Shown here piece after piece: positions 39,725-52,129 of a stretch of DNA of 64,000 nt. This DNA is from Camelus ferus. Lineage: Eukaryota. Under the pieces are notes generated by a model that saw only the letters and a list, made by a program, of their open reading frames with translations, did no database searches and was not told where the DNA came from. Every line of letters starts with the position of its first letter. The first letter of the stretch is position 1. The translations under genes and the position numbers were made by a program. The stretch lies in NCBI RefSeq assembly GCF_009834535.1, contig NC_045707.1:53880001-53944000 (forward strand). Direction: 5' to 3'.

Positions 39725-42147
39725 TTAGAAGAAGATGGAACCATATTGCTCTGTCATCCATCTCTCATAATAGCTCTTCTGTTCCCATGGCAGTAAGGAG
39801 GAGAAGACAACTGTTCAGAATGGAGTTCTTTAATGATCGCTGTTTCTGCAATTGATACTAGTTGATACTGAACTTGGAGCTTATCTGGAAGGAACTCCAT
39901 TGGGTGAAATCCCTCACTTACTCTGGTGCCGTCAGCTGCAGTCCTCTGTTCTGCCTTAAGAATTTATCCAATCCTATTAGCTACCTTTTAAAAAATTCTC
40001 AAAAGTTTTTTTCTCTTGATAGCATCCTTTCTGTTCTCCAGGATTATAATGGCCTCAAATTTTGTTGAACAGAATTTTTCCACTGATTATTCTGCAGCAA
40101 CAAATTCACTATTATAAAATGTTCAATAAATATATGAGGAGTCGAGTCAATTAGTAACCCTTTACCCCAGAGGTAAAAGAAAATTTTGAAATGCGTAGAA
40201 AGAATTTTAATCAAAGTGCTTCAAAATAAATCTAGGCTATCCTCTTGCCTCTTAAGAGATTTATATAAGGCATACCCTTCTCTAAAAATAACTTACACTC
40301 AGGAGAATACCAGAGTTCTCTAATTCTTCTAGGCTCTTTATTTTTTAAAGTTCTCTGTGAGAACGATGAAGAACTGTTAGGTCACCCAAAACCCTTTGTA
40401 TCCTGAAATTTTGCATGGGATGCAACGAGTAAAGTATTCTGCCTGCTTCACTGTCATAGTAGTATTTCATTGCATCTAAAGAGTTAAATGCTTCCTTTTT
40501 TCCCTGTCTTGTGACTATCCATTTCTACTCTTTGAGATTTTCCACATTCATAGCAAAAATTAAGTTTATCCTTTTCATTTTACTTTAATATAATAGAGAT
40601 TCAAATGGTCTGTCAGACTGACTGATCTCGTGATTATTTCTACTAGCTGCCTTTCAACTTGCTATGCTCATTCAAAAATTTGAATCTGTTTTTCATCCAT
40701 TTCAATGTTAATATGCACTCCTGTAGCTCCTACTTTGAAGTCAATGGGAAAACCTTTGTGTGGAAGAGATGGCTTTGGGGCATAAAATATTTCAATTCCT
40801 TTCTCAACTGAACATAAAAAATTGGGCACAACCCAGAAATTTGTGATAGTCTGCCCCTTCTCCTCTTTTATGAGGGGAAAAAAAAACTTCAAATATAATT
40901 TTTAGCATTTTTAGTCAATGCTCTGAATATGGTGTTGACATCTTGGTGTTATATTTCAAAATAAAAAATTAGCATTATTTTGCTACAGAAAGTGCTAATT
41001 TGAAACCATTATCTAGCTCCTAGCTAGAATTAAGAGTTTACTTTTTTCCCTCATTTCCTCCCTCAATTATCATCATTAGTGTTTTGGTTAAGTACTTAGA
41101 CATATTTCAACAGGAAACATTAATAAGAGAAAGTAGACACTATTTTGTTCTGCCGTGGGTCTAATTCACTGCAATTATCAGAAATACTAAGCTATCATCA
41201 CAGCAAGTTTAAGCTTAATTTACTCAATGACTAAGAGAAATGCATGTAATAATCATATCACTAAAATAAAAATTAGAAATAAATGATAGAGAAGATATAA
41301 ATGTAATTTATATATAATACAGATGTTAATTACCACTTACACGTAAGCTATGGAGCATGATTCTTTTGAGGTTGATTTGGAATAAAAATCACTATTATAT
41401 CTATCATTAATATTTAGTATATTATTTTCATACTGGCTCAGAACACTCCCTTTGCAAAGAGGCATTAAGTGAGAAAGAAAAATCTGGAATATTTAAAGCC
41501 AAAAAGAATCCTAACTGAAAAGAAAATCTGCACTTTCGGCTAAGTGCTAACTCTCCTTCAAGCATTTTTAGTATGCCAAGCACACCATCTGTGCACAATT
41601 ACTTGTTATTTTATAATGTCAACATCTGCTTATAAGAAAATATATGCTTGCATATGTTAAAAACTTGCTTTCCTTGCAAGAATGTGGAAGATCTTTATGT
41701 CAATCCACATATAATTCATTCTTCTTGTTCTCTCTTGAACAATACGAGTTAAAATACTAGACTATCAGGAAAGCAAAGATGCCGATAAATCTATGTAAGG
41801 CACAAGGAGCAAGGATATAAGGAATTAAACTTAGGTGATCTTTATGCATTTCATTGTATCTAGATATAAATTTTATGTAAGTGGTCTGGAAATGTTAGAG
41901 ATAATTGAATACAAAATTTTGTTAACAATTCGGATATACCCATAGTTCGATCAAATTAATTATCTGAATGGTAGAGACCAGCTCACATAATAATTTCTAC
42001 ACTGAACAACCTTTACTTCTCTTTTTCCATCAAGAAAATGCTGAATCTCAAAAGACACCGAATTAAATGTCTCAACTAAGAATAATTTCCCAACTTCACC
42101 TACCTGTATTAATCCTGCTTCTACAACACACACACTGTGTAGTTACA

Positions 42148-43720
42148 TTTTTGTTCATTTTATTTGAAATTATTTTGTATTTTTGGCAATATTATAAATG
42201 CACATAGTTAACATATCAAATAAAACTAAAAGACTTTTCATGAAAACTAAGAAGACACTCTTCAATTCCCACTCAACATAGATCTTCTTTCCCAAGACAA
42301 ATTTTCAAATGTTTCATTTTTACAAGCATTTTAAAATAATATTTTTTTAAAAAAGTATTGCTCTTAAAGTTTTATTTCTTAATGTATCAAATTTTAATAT
42401 CATCTATTAACTTTCTGTTATAGAATGGTTTAGCCTTCTTATTTCAAACACCTTTCCCCAGCACCCAATAGCCCAATGTAATTATATCATAAACATGCAT
42501 TAGGTCAAATAAGTCATTATTTTATTATGATATATAAATCTGCCTTATCAATCCAAGCATCGTATTGCATTTATTTTTATCTTCTTACAAAATAGTAGGG
42601 TTTTTCCTGGCATTAATAATTGCATTTTTCATTTGTTTAGTTTTCTGTATATCTACTGCTTTTCTTCTTTTCTAAGTACAGCCACAGATCTGTCAAGGTA
42701 TGGGGGTAATTTTCTCCAGTATAGATATCCCGTATATAGACAATATAAATTGCACTTAAATTTTTTTCATGCTGTTCTTACTGATGGATTTCCTTCTGTG
42801 ATTGATGCTCAGCTATTATCTTGGAGCTTTTCTGCTCTCCTGCAGTAATGGAACAATGGAACTGGAGGAATCACATATCTTTCAGAAGCATCATATTATT
42901 TTTTCTTGAGTTACTCCATGTTTTGTTGAAGATCATCTTCCAATGGCTTCCTAGCTGCTTAAGAATTTAAAATTGAGAGTTCTCTTACATGTCAGGAAAA
43001 AATGTCACAGAATTGGAAATGGACAAGACAATTACTGAGTGTCCTTTCAGTGGAATTCTGGACATTGTCTAGTAAACCCTTCAGGGATTGCCTGATCTAT
43101 CGAAGTGTGCAAGTCAGGGTGTAAAAAGCTGATAATCATTCAGGTCATTTTTTTCCTCTATAATCCAAATGAGTTTTGTCTGATATGTGGAGATATAATT
43201 GATTTTGCCTTCAGGAAAAAATAATCTCAAACATTACCCCATATTACTCTATAGGTATTAACAATTTTCATAGCTGCCAATTAATTTTAGCATTCCTATT
43301 AAGTACATACTCACATTCTCAATTGGTTTTAACATCAATTAATGGGTGAAATAAAATCATTGGTTCATTTTATATACTCAGAAAAGTTCTATTTTTATCT
43401 TTATAAAAATGTAACATATTTATAAGTGTCTTTGTTATAGTCTTCTACTAATTTGATAGCTAGAATGGTCAGAGAAGTTTAGGTTGCAAATCATTTTCTT
43501 TTAGTAGTTTGGAGGCATCATTTCCCAGATCTAACAGATCAGAAACCTTACGTCTTTCCCATTCGCTCACCTTTGTATATCACCTTTTTTATTCACTTTT
43601 TCTGTCTGGAGTTTTAGAGTCTTCTCTTTTTCCACAGGATAAAATTTCAGAATCTACTGAGTACTCAGTAGTTCCTTTTAGCCTGGAAATTCAGGTTTTT
43701 ATGGACAATGTTTCTTTGTT
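42148..43720 (-). mobile_element. Ancient HAL1/L1ME-type LINE remnant, interrupted at about 42995-43423
   Basis: T-rich 3' end at about 42148. CATCTTCCAATGGCTTCCT...CTTACATGTC resumes as GTGTCTTTGTT...TTGATAG...AGGTTGCAAATCATTTTC...TTTGGAGGCAT, ORF1-like antisense motifs of recalled HAL1. Confidence 0.55.
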
Positions 43721-45729
43721 TCTTTGCTGCAGCATAGAATAGCAGTTACAAGTGTAAGCATTCACATTAGGTTGTTTTTTATTTTTTTTATTTCTGTGAG
43801 TATATTCTTAACTTACAAAAATGATTTAACTTGATTTTCCCCATTCATGGCATAGTCCTTTTTATGATAGGAATAACTATCTACAATTATGACTAGGATG
43901 ATATTGGGAAAAAAAAAAAAAAGAACAAATATACTCAGTGTCTAGAGAGTTCTTCATTTCCAGGACATGTGAAAATGCTCATTTTGACTAGAGTCTCTGG
44001 GAAGGGAAGTGGTAAGAAACAGGGATGAAGAGATTAGATGTGGCCAGAATTTAATGAGTTACCTTTCCTCTTATGTCACTGTTTCCTGTGGTTTCTGATT
44101 TGACTTATCCTCTATCATGTTTTGTTTCTTTAAGTAAACGTCTCATCTTCTGTTTTCCCTTTATATGAAATATTCATTCTTCTAACTCAGATTTATTCCC
44201 GGCATACTTATTCTACTTTCCAAAAAATGTTTTCTACTTGGCATTAAGCCATCTTACACACGCTGTAAATACAGTAAGAACTTTTATTCTCACATTTTTC
44301 AGCTGTCCTCTTGCTTTATCTCCAGACAAGTCAGAAACTGAAGTGTACCAGATAGGAGGGGAAGACTGGAAACTTAAACTAAGGAGAAACAAAAGAGGTG
44401 CCCGGTCTTCCTTCTCCTGTTTCTGTTAGCAGAAGCTCCTTTTAGGTGAGAGAGAAGTTTTAAGTTCACAGTTTTCATTGTGACAAGAGACTGGGCACTT
44501 TTAATTACTGAACTGAGGTTATGTTAATGAGTTAAAGTAACAGTTGGGCTTTTTGTTATTTAAGATTAAAGTGAATATTATGGAAATGTCATACTTTTTA
44601 TTCAGGACGAGGGAATATAGCTCCCTGATTGGTAGATTCAAAGGGACTGTGAGATCTAAAAACAAAATGTTTTTTATGATTCACCCATGGGTACTATGAG
44701 TTCATTGTGTGTGAGTGTGTCTTTCTGTATATCATATTACAGCTACATACATTAGTTTTACTTCACAGTAATAGATTTTTCCATAGTATTAATTCACAAG
44801 CTGTACTATTACATTATAGAAAGGCAAGCTACAAATATGGAATTAGCAAATCTCCTTTACTTTAAAATAATGTTTCAAAATACTGTACCTTTTGCTTCAG
44901 ACTGAACGGTAACTCATCGTACTACTGTTTGAAGCTTCATTGTGTTAGATCATCAGATGTAGGTATTCATTTAAAAGCTTTGTGTCAGTTTTCTTCACAA
45001 ACTCTTAACCCGATTGGTGAAAGAGGCCAATGGAAGAAAAAAAATATATGAAGGATGTTGGATTAAATTGAACTTTTGTAGAAGGATCTGAAATTTCAAC
45101 TAAACTATTACAAATAAATTTGGGGAGGTGTAAAAGAAGGAGCAGTAAGTCCTGGTCATACACGCAGATCTGATTAGTTCTGTTACTAGAGATGAAGTTA
45201 GCAATTAGGCTCCTGTGGGCACCTCTTTCGTGTGGCCTGCTGTTGTCTATGGCAACATAACCTAATAAACTCCTTTTCTAGTCTCAAAAAAAAAAAAAGG
45301 AAAAGGAAAGAAATTAATGTGAGAGAGGAAATACATGACAACTCCTCCTCCCGAAAAAAAAAAAATTGAGAGGAAGGTGTTTGTCAGTAGCAACTGTGTT
45401 ACTATATAAAGTCTTTCAGTTCAAAGACTTATTTTGAAGCACTTTTTTTCCCCAACATTACAGTGCTTTGCTCCACTTCATAATTTCCCTAAAATTATAC
45501 AGCTGTCACAAAGTCATGGTCTGTGAACTGTAGTAATATGTGTTGAGTACATTGTTATCTTCTTGCCATCAGCAATCATATGATGGTTGATATTTTTTTC
45601 CATAAGTAACACTAACTTATTAAGATTTTAAAAAATTCCTAGGGCTGTCTGAGAAGACTCATGTGATACTAATATCCCAGTGCCTAAGGATTTGATGTTT
45701 TTGTGATCCATCTTAAAGCCTGAAGTACT

Positions 45730-45820
45730 ATACATACGTAAACACACACACACATGTATATGGATACATACATATACATTATATATACACACACACACAC
45801 ATATATATGTATATATATAA
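45730..45820. repeat. Compound (CA)n/(TA)n microsatellite
   Basis: Read directly from the sequence. Confidence 0.9.
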
Positions 45821-46931
45821 TAATCTCTAAATGTTTAGCTGCAGCTAAAAATTCTCTTAAATTTTAATGTATGCCTAATCTAACTAGATATTTGGGCTTG
45901 GATTTTCTACTTAATTCTGAAATGTAGCTTACTCCAAACTGAACACCTCATCATTTCTGACTATTCCTTACCTTTATAATTCCTTCATCTAGCAAGTTGC
46001 AGATGTCCCACAAACCTTCAGTTACTTTACGTGCCTCAATCTTGTTCATCACTGACATCCAATGAGATTCCCTCTGTGTATTTCTTATATCCCTCTCTTC
46101 TTCATTGCAGTATCACTGTTCTTATAGATTACTGAAATAGCCTCCTAGTAGTTTTTCCTGCTTCCGTTCTTCTCACGCCACGTGGGTCAGATCAGGCCAC
46201 CAAAGGTTGGCTAATACTTAAGGCTGGTGGAAAGAACTTGGATAGGTTTAGGTTATATTGACCAATAAGAGCTAAGATACAACCAAATAGATGCTACTCC
46301 CAGTGTCTATCTAGCTTCCTATTAAAGCAGGAACAAATTTTAGTGGCCAATGCATGAAGAGAAATATGCTAGGTTAAAAGTTAAGATTAGTAGTTGGACT
46401 GAATAATGAAAGTAAAAGCTAACAGGCAAAACTGAGTCTAATTACAGCAAGTGTGAGGTGTGATTCAAGATTGTACTTAGTTACATGAGGCGTTATAGCA
46501 AAGGTGACCAAATACCTCTACAAAGCATTAGGTCAAAAGAAATGCATGAAAAGAGCAAGAGGTGGGAGGGAAAAAATATGCTGATAATGACTTTATAAGA
46601 TATAATAAATAATTTTCAAAATTATTATTAAATTCAGCTCAATGGCTGAAACAATAATACATACATACATTTTAATATGATCTCTCTTCCTTTTGTCTTT
46701 AAATGCTACTTTCAAGTCTTCTTTATCGTAAAAGATGTAAATGGTTATTCTATAACATTTATTATTCCATTTAATTCTAATAACAATTCTATAAGAAATG
46801 TGTTATTTGCATTTCAGAGGTTATAAAACTGAGGCTCAAGATCACACAAACTGTAAGGAACAGATGAACTTGGGTTTTGAATCATAGTTCCACATGTGAA
46901 CTTCATCAAGTCACTTAAGTATTACATAGAC

Positions 46932-47145
46932 CAGTGATTCTCAGGCAGAGCGATTTTGCTCTCCAGGGAGCATTTGGCAATGTCTGAAGATACTTTCTGT
47001 TGTCACCGCTGGGAGAAGGGGAGTTTGCCACTGACATCTTAGTGGGTAGAGGCCAGAGATGTTGCTAAATATCTTACAAGGCACAAGACAGCCCTCCACC
47101 ACAAAGAATTATAATGTCATTAGCACGGAGGTTGAGGAATCACAG
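46932..47145 (+). mobile_element. MER20 hAT-Charlie MITE
   Basis: CAGTGATTCTCA...CATTTGGCAATGTCTGAAGA...AGTGGGTAGAGGCCAGAGATGTTGCTAAA...ACAAAGAATTAT...GGTTGAGGAA. Confidence 0.9.
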
Positions 47146-48327
47146 AATAGTTGTAATGTCCAGTTACTACAACAATATGCAGTAACAAAGAATGACATAG
47201 GCCTTATAAATTGAGGGATGTATAGAAAGAAGTAGAAAAAGAAGATGCATTACTGAGTCAGTAAGAACAAGATACAGACGAAGTGCAGTAGAAGTTTACC
47301 TATGCCTGCCTATGATCAAAGTTTTGCTACACAAATGAATAGAACACGCAGAGTCATATAAAAAAAGTCTGCCTTTTCAAGGTTGCAAATGTGATATCAA
47401 TCATTTTAGAAAGAACGTTTACAATAAAATGTAACCTGGGCTAGAATTTGGCTTTGTAAAGGATGTGTACCATATTTCCTCAATTCATAGACTCTATTCA
47501 TTGTAAGACATCCATTTTCTGGAAGCTCGGTGAGAACAAAGCATTACCTTCAATACAAACATTTAAAAAGACAAGTATAGCAGAGCGTTTGTTTCCATAC
47601 GACTACAGGTCTTTTAATCTTTCATGTCGTAAATTTAAATGTCTTCACTGTTTAGTCTAAGTGGTTTTTGGAGTCACTGCTCTGATTACACACATCAGGT
47701 GATCCCTGCTTGGACAGTACATGCTCATGATCTTGAAAATATCTGCAGCTTGAAGAACCAACTGTAATCTTACAGTATATCCAAGAATTCTAGGCCTTTA
47801 AGTGTATTTCCTCTTTGGTAAACTCCATCCCACCCTTTTTTTTTTTTTTTTAATCCTGGAAATCAAACAGTTTCTCTTAAAAATTCATTTGGAAGCTTTT
47901 GACAGATACCTACCTATCCAATGCTTGAGTGATTGCTTTTTATGACACAGCGATGAGTCTTCAATCTTTACAAGCTTTGTAAAGTCTCTGATGGTCTGAA
48001 GAGGCTTAGTTATTTCTACTTCCTAAACTGATTTGCTGGGCTTGTGACAGAGAATCATTGGTATACCCAATAATTTTTGTTTTAAGCATGCACAATAATA
48101 TAGTCTTTGGAATAAATTTTTAGGGACAATCAGGGATTCAAAAATAATTTAAATTAACTTTTGCTGCCTTTGCACATAATTCAGCTGAGGACAATTAGAT
48201 GAATATATGTCTTCAGTACTGTTTTCTTTCTCTAATTCATCTGTGCACTCTCTCTCTCTCTCTCACATACAAACACACACATACACCAGTGGCTATGATA
48301 AGAACCAGAAAGTCACTATCGACTTAC

Positions 48328-48708
48328 TTTTTTTTAAAACTTGATAAATTTGACGTTATATTTTAAAAATTTAAGGTGTATATCATGTTACTCTGACATT
48401 TATATATTGTAATATGACTGCCATTGAAGCAATATTTATCACATTACATTGTCATAGTACAATACTACTGCCTGTATTCATTACACTGTGCATTTCCATG
48501 GCTGATTTACTACTTGTTACAAGTCTGTACCCTTAAACACCATCACTCTTATCCCCTCTGTCCCCCACCCCCAGGTAACCTCCATCTTACTCTCTGTTTT
48601 CTTGAAGGTATAATTTTCTTAGATTCCACACGTAAGTGATATCACACAGAACTTGTATTTCTCTGCCTGACTTACCTCGCTTAGCATAGCGTGCTCAAGG
48701 ACCATCCA
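48328..48708 (-). mobile_element. Older L1 (L1MA-like) 3' end
   Basis: T-run followed by TTTAAGGTGTA...CCCCAGGTAACC...TTAGATTCCACACGTAAGTGATATCACACAG...CTGACTTACCTCGCTTAGCATA. Confidence 0.85.
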
Positions 48709-49028
48709 GTGGACCGGATGGTCATTGTACTCATTATGGACCAGAGTCATTGTACTCTGATTCCAATTTCAAAAATCTTCTTAATTTTTCAAAATTTTAG
48801 TGGATCTAGAAATTGAACAAATAAGTTTCCTTGTATTTTCATTAAATTAAAATAATTTCAACAGCAAATTTTTGTTAATTAAAATAATTTCTTACATAAT
48901 CTTAGAAATAAACTATGTGGCTTAAATCAGAGATATAAATAGCATTCAGCATTAATTTATTTATCTTATTCCAAAATGACATGTATCTCTACTGCATGAG
49001 AAGCCCACATCACTTAAAAAATAAAATA

Positions 49029-49200
49029 GGGAGTGAGGGTATAGTAGAGTGGTAGTAGAGTGCTCAGTAGTAGAGTGCAAGCTTAGCATGCAGGAGATCC
49101 TGGGTTCAAGCCCCAGTACTTCCATTAAAGTAAATAAATAAACTTAATTACCGCCCCCCAATAAATAAATGAATAATAAATTTAAAAAATTTTAAAATAA
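49029..49200 (+). mobile_element. Vic-1-like camelid tRNA-derived SINE
   Basis: GAGGGTATAG...CTCAGTAGTAGAGTGCAAGCTTAGCATGCAGGAGATCCTGGGTTCAAGCCCCAGTACTTCCA (pol III A and B boxes), then TAAATAAATAAACTTAATTACC-C-run and an A-rich tail. Confidence 0.88.
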
Positions 49201-49899
49201 CAAAATAAGCCATCAGAAGTTATACAATCTTGCTTCAAGTGATTTAATCAATCTAACTAATGCATCTACCACTACATCTAGATAAAAATTAAAACCTATT
49301 AAACTAATTCTGGCTGAAACAATTTTCCCTGGGAAAATTAAACTAGTCTTGGAACCATGTTAACATATAGACACAAGACTTGCACATTTCCAAAATGTTC
49401 TCTCTGCTGTTTTTCATAATACTGTTAGAAGTAATTTGATACTTTTTCCAATTTTTCTTGAGTCTTTTATTGCTGAACCTCAAGATTGAGTTTCTTGTTG
49501 CCATTAGTAACACTGACAGTTACTATAGTATCAACCTGATAATAACCTATTTTCAAGGAATACGGTAGATGGAAGAGACACTAATTATTTAAAGTTATTT
49601 AAATTATATGGTTTATAAGGTTATTAACGGTTATGCCTTTGGTATATGTGTTAGTGACATATTTAGCATATGGAAAGAGATATAAAACTATCAGGTGAAT
49701 CAAAAAATCTATACATACATGCTTTGAAGATAAATGTATACACACCTAAGAATATGTAAATAATTGAGTGATTTTAGTGTTATATATAAAGGTCAATAAC
49801 TATTGACCTTGTGAAAAAAGCCTCTAATTCTAGGCCAAATACATTTAGAAAATTAGATTCATATAACTATCTCAAAATGAAAAGTGTCTGCCTTGTCTG

Positions 49900-50400
49900 T
49901 TTTATAAGAGTGAAAGGAGAAGCCATTAAGAGATGGGTGAGGTCACAGGCTGTGTGATGCTGTAAGGAGTTTAACATTTTATTCTAATTGGGACAGAAAC
50001 CACTGGAGTATTTAAAGCAAGACTGGAGGTGGGGGGGCGATATGATATATACGATATGTGATCATGTTTTGGGGATATGGCCAATGTACGTAATTTTAGA
50101 GTAATTCTAGTGGCTGAGTGGTGAGAGTAGAAACAAAGAGATCAGTTGTGAAGCTATTGTATTAGCCAAGATGAGAAATGATAATGTTTGGTAAACAGTA
50201 GAAATGATAAGAGGTTACAACTGGCATACTTGATGATGTACTGAATTAGAGGTGTTAAGAAAGGGACAAAGGAATGACTTCTAGGAGTGGGATCTGAGCA
50301 TGCTGTTGAATTGAGTGGAAAAATATTGGGCAGGAGGTTTTGGAGAGAACATTCACTTTGAGATGTCTAGAGTTAGTCCAGTGGTGATTAGGAGGCTATT
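49900..50400 (-). mobile_element. L2 fragment
   Basis: GTAAGGAGTTTAACATTTTATTCTAA...GAAACCACTGGAGTATTTAAAGCA...GAAGCTATTGTATTAGCCAAGATGAGAAATGAT. Confidence 0.7.
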
Positions 50401-51682
50401 TTAGTATTCTGGACTACATGTGTTGATGGCTAAATTCAGGACTCACATTGGTGCCAAAATTCTGAAAGACCCACAATCAGAGGAAGAAAAAACAATATTT
50501 TTATGTTGGTTGAATTCCTGGCTAAGGAGATCCCATTTTTATAATCTATAAAAGTGGGCTGATTAACAACCTCCCTGGATGGTTACAGCCTTGAGGGGAG
50601 GCACTGTGAGTTTTTCATTTTTGCAACTTTTGTGTCTAGTAGAGACTATATGAAATAGTAAGTTTCAATAGCTAATGTTGAATAATTTAAATGAGCACAA
50701 GGGTATAAATCTATGTTCTGTTATAATTACCAAAAGGAGAGCTTTCTTTGCATACTTTTTATATAAATTCATGTGCCATTCAGTGCAGCTGAAATGCTTT
50801 CTTCTGATAACCTTTTAAATTTTACTGCATTAAAATTTACTTTAATCTGGATCTGTAAAGATAAAAAGCTTACAATCTGCAAATAGATCAGAATATTCAT
50901 ATTCAAAGGACAGAAGCATCATAGCTGACATTCAAATTTTGCTTCCTCCTTGCTACTGTCTACTAAGAATGACTGACCCTATAAACTTTGAAGTGCAATG
51001 ATTATGTGACCATTTCCCTTTCATGATCTTTAGGAGACAGAGTGCACAGAAAATTCACATGATTCATAGCTATATAAATAATAGTAAAACACTGTTTTCT
51101 GCTGAAACACAATGTCTAATTAATTTAACAATAAAAAGAATGTCAAAATATATCAAGGCAAATGTACTCCTAAAAGAGAAAAGCTTAAAAATTAGAGTAC
51201 ATATTAAGAACAAGGAAGTTCACTCGAGGTTGTTGCTTCTTTTGGGGCCGAAACAATGTGCCAGAAAAATTCTTTTTACTTTGCCAGTTAGTACATTGTT
51301 TTGATTTATAAATGAAATCTGAGAAGGAAACCTCAAGTCAAGTTTGATTTTCCCAGAATAATCAGATACCATTCATTGTCTGAAAATTAATACCCATGTA
51401 AAACATCCACAAAACTGAAGTAACTATTTGTTAAGTTCATGCCAGACAAATGCAGTAGGTTATCAAAATAGGACCTGTAAGTCCCTAGGAACCCCTGGGA
51501 AAAGAGAAACTTGGAACAAATAGGTATTTCTTATCTCAAGATTTATGTGATAGAGACAAGCATTTAGTTTTTTTTTTTTTAAAGATACATAACACCAAGC
51601 TGAATATTGCCATTCTAAACTCATGAAATCACATTGCAACTGGATTCGTTTTGTCATTCAGATGGGGTAACATCTCACGTTT

Positions 51683-51855
51683 ATTACTTAGTATGTGCCA
51701 GGCAGCCCTCCATGTTGTTGCATTTAATCCACAAACATTTAATTGATGAATCTTATCCCCATTTCACAGATAGAAAATGAGACCAGAGAAGTTAAGTGTT
51801 CTGCACACGGTCATAGTGAGGGTAAGGCCAAAGTTCCTATGCAGGTCTGTCTGAT
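51683..51855 (-). mobile_element. MIR SINE
   Basis: ATGTGCCAGGCA...CATTTAATCC...ATCCCCATTTCACAGATAGAAAATGAGACCAGAGAAGTTAAGTG. Confidence 0.8.
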
Positions 51856-52129
51856 TGAGAAAAAAAAAAGCTCTTTTCTTTACCTGATGGTATCTTAAAC
51901 TATTTTAAACTTTGATTGGTGGCTTATCAGGGCATCTGCAACAGCTGTTCTAGGATTCTTCTCTTCTCAGGTCCTCTGCATCCCTCTTCACCTCAATCTA
52001 GGCAGAGGAGCAAGGCTCAGAGTCACTCCGAGCTCAGACCAAGATCAAATCTCCTCTACTTCCCTCCACTTCACCTCAAGCATTCTCTCCTGCTCAGTTT
52101 TCTTACATCCAGTTTCTCTGCTACTCAAC

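Noticed and set aside
49029..49125. tRNA gene
   Set aside because: It has A and B boxes but a disrupted cloverleaf and a SINE-type tail, so it is a tRNA-derived SINE.
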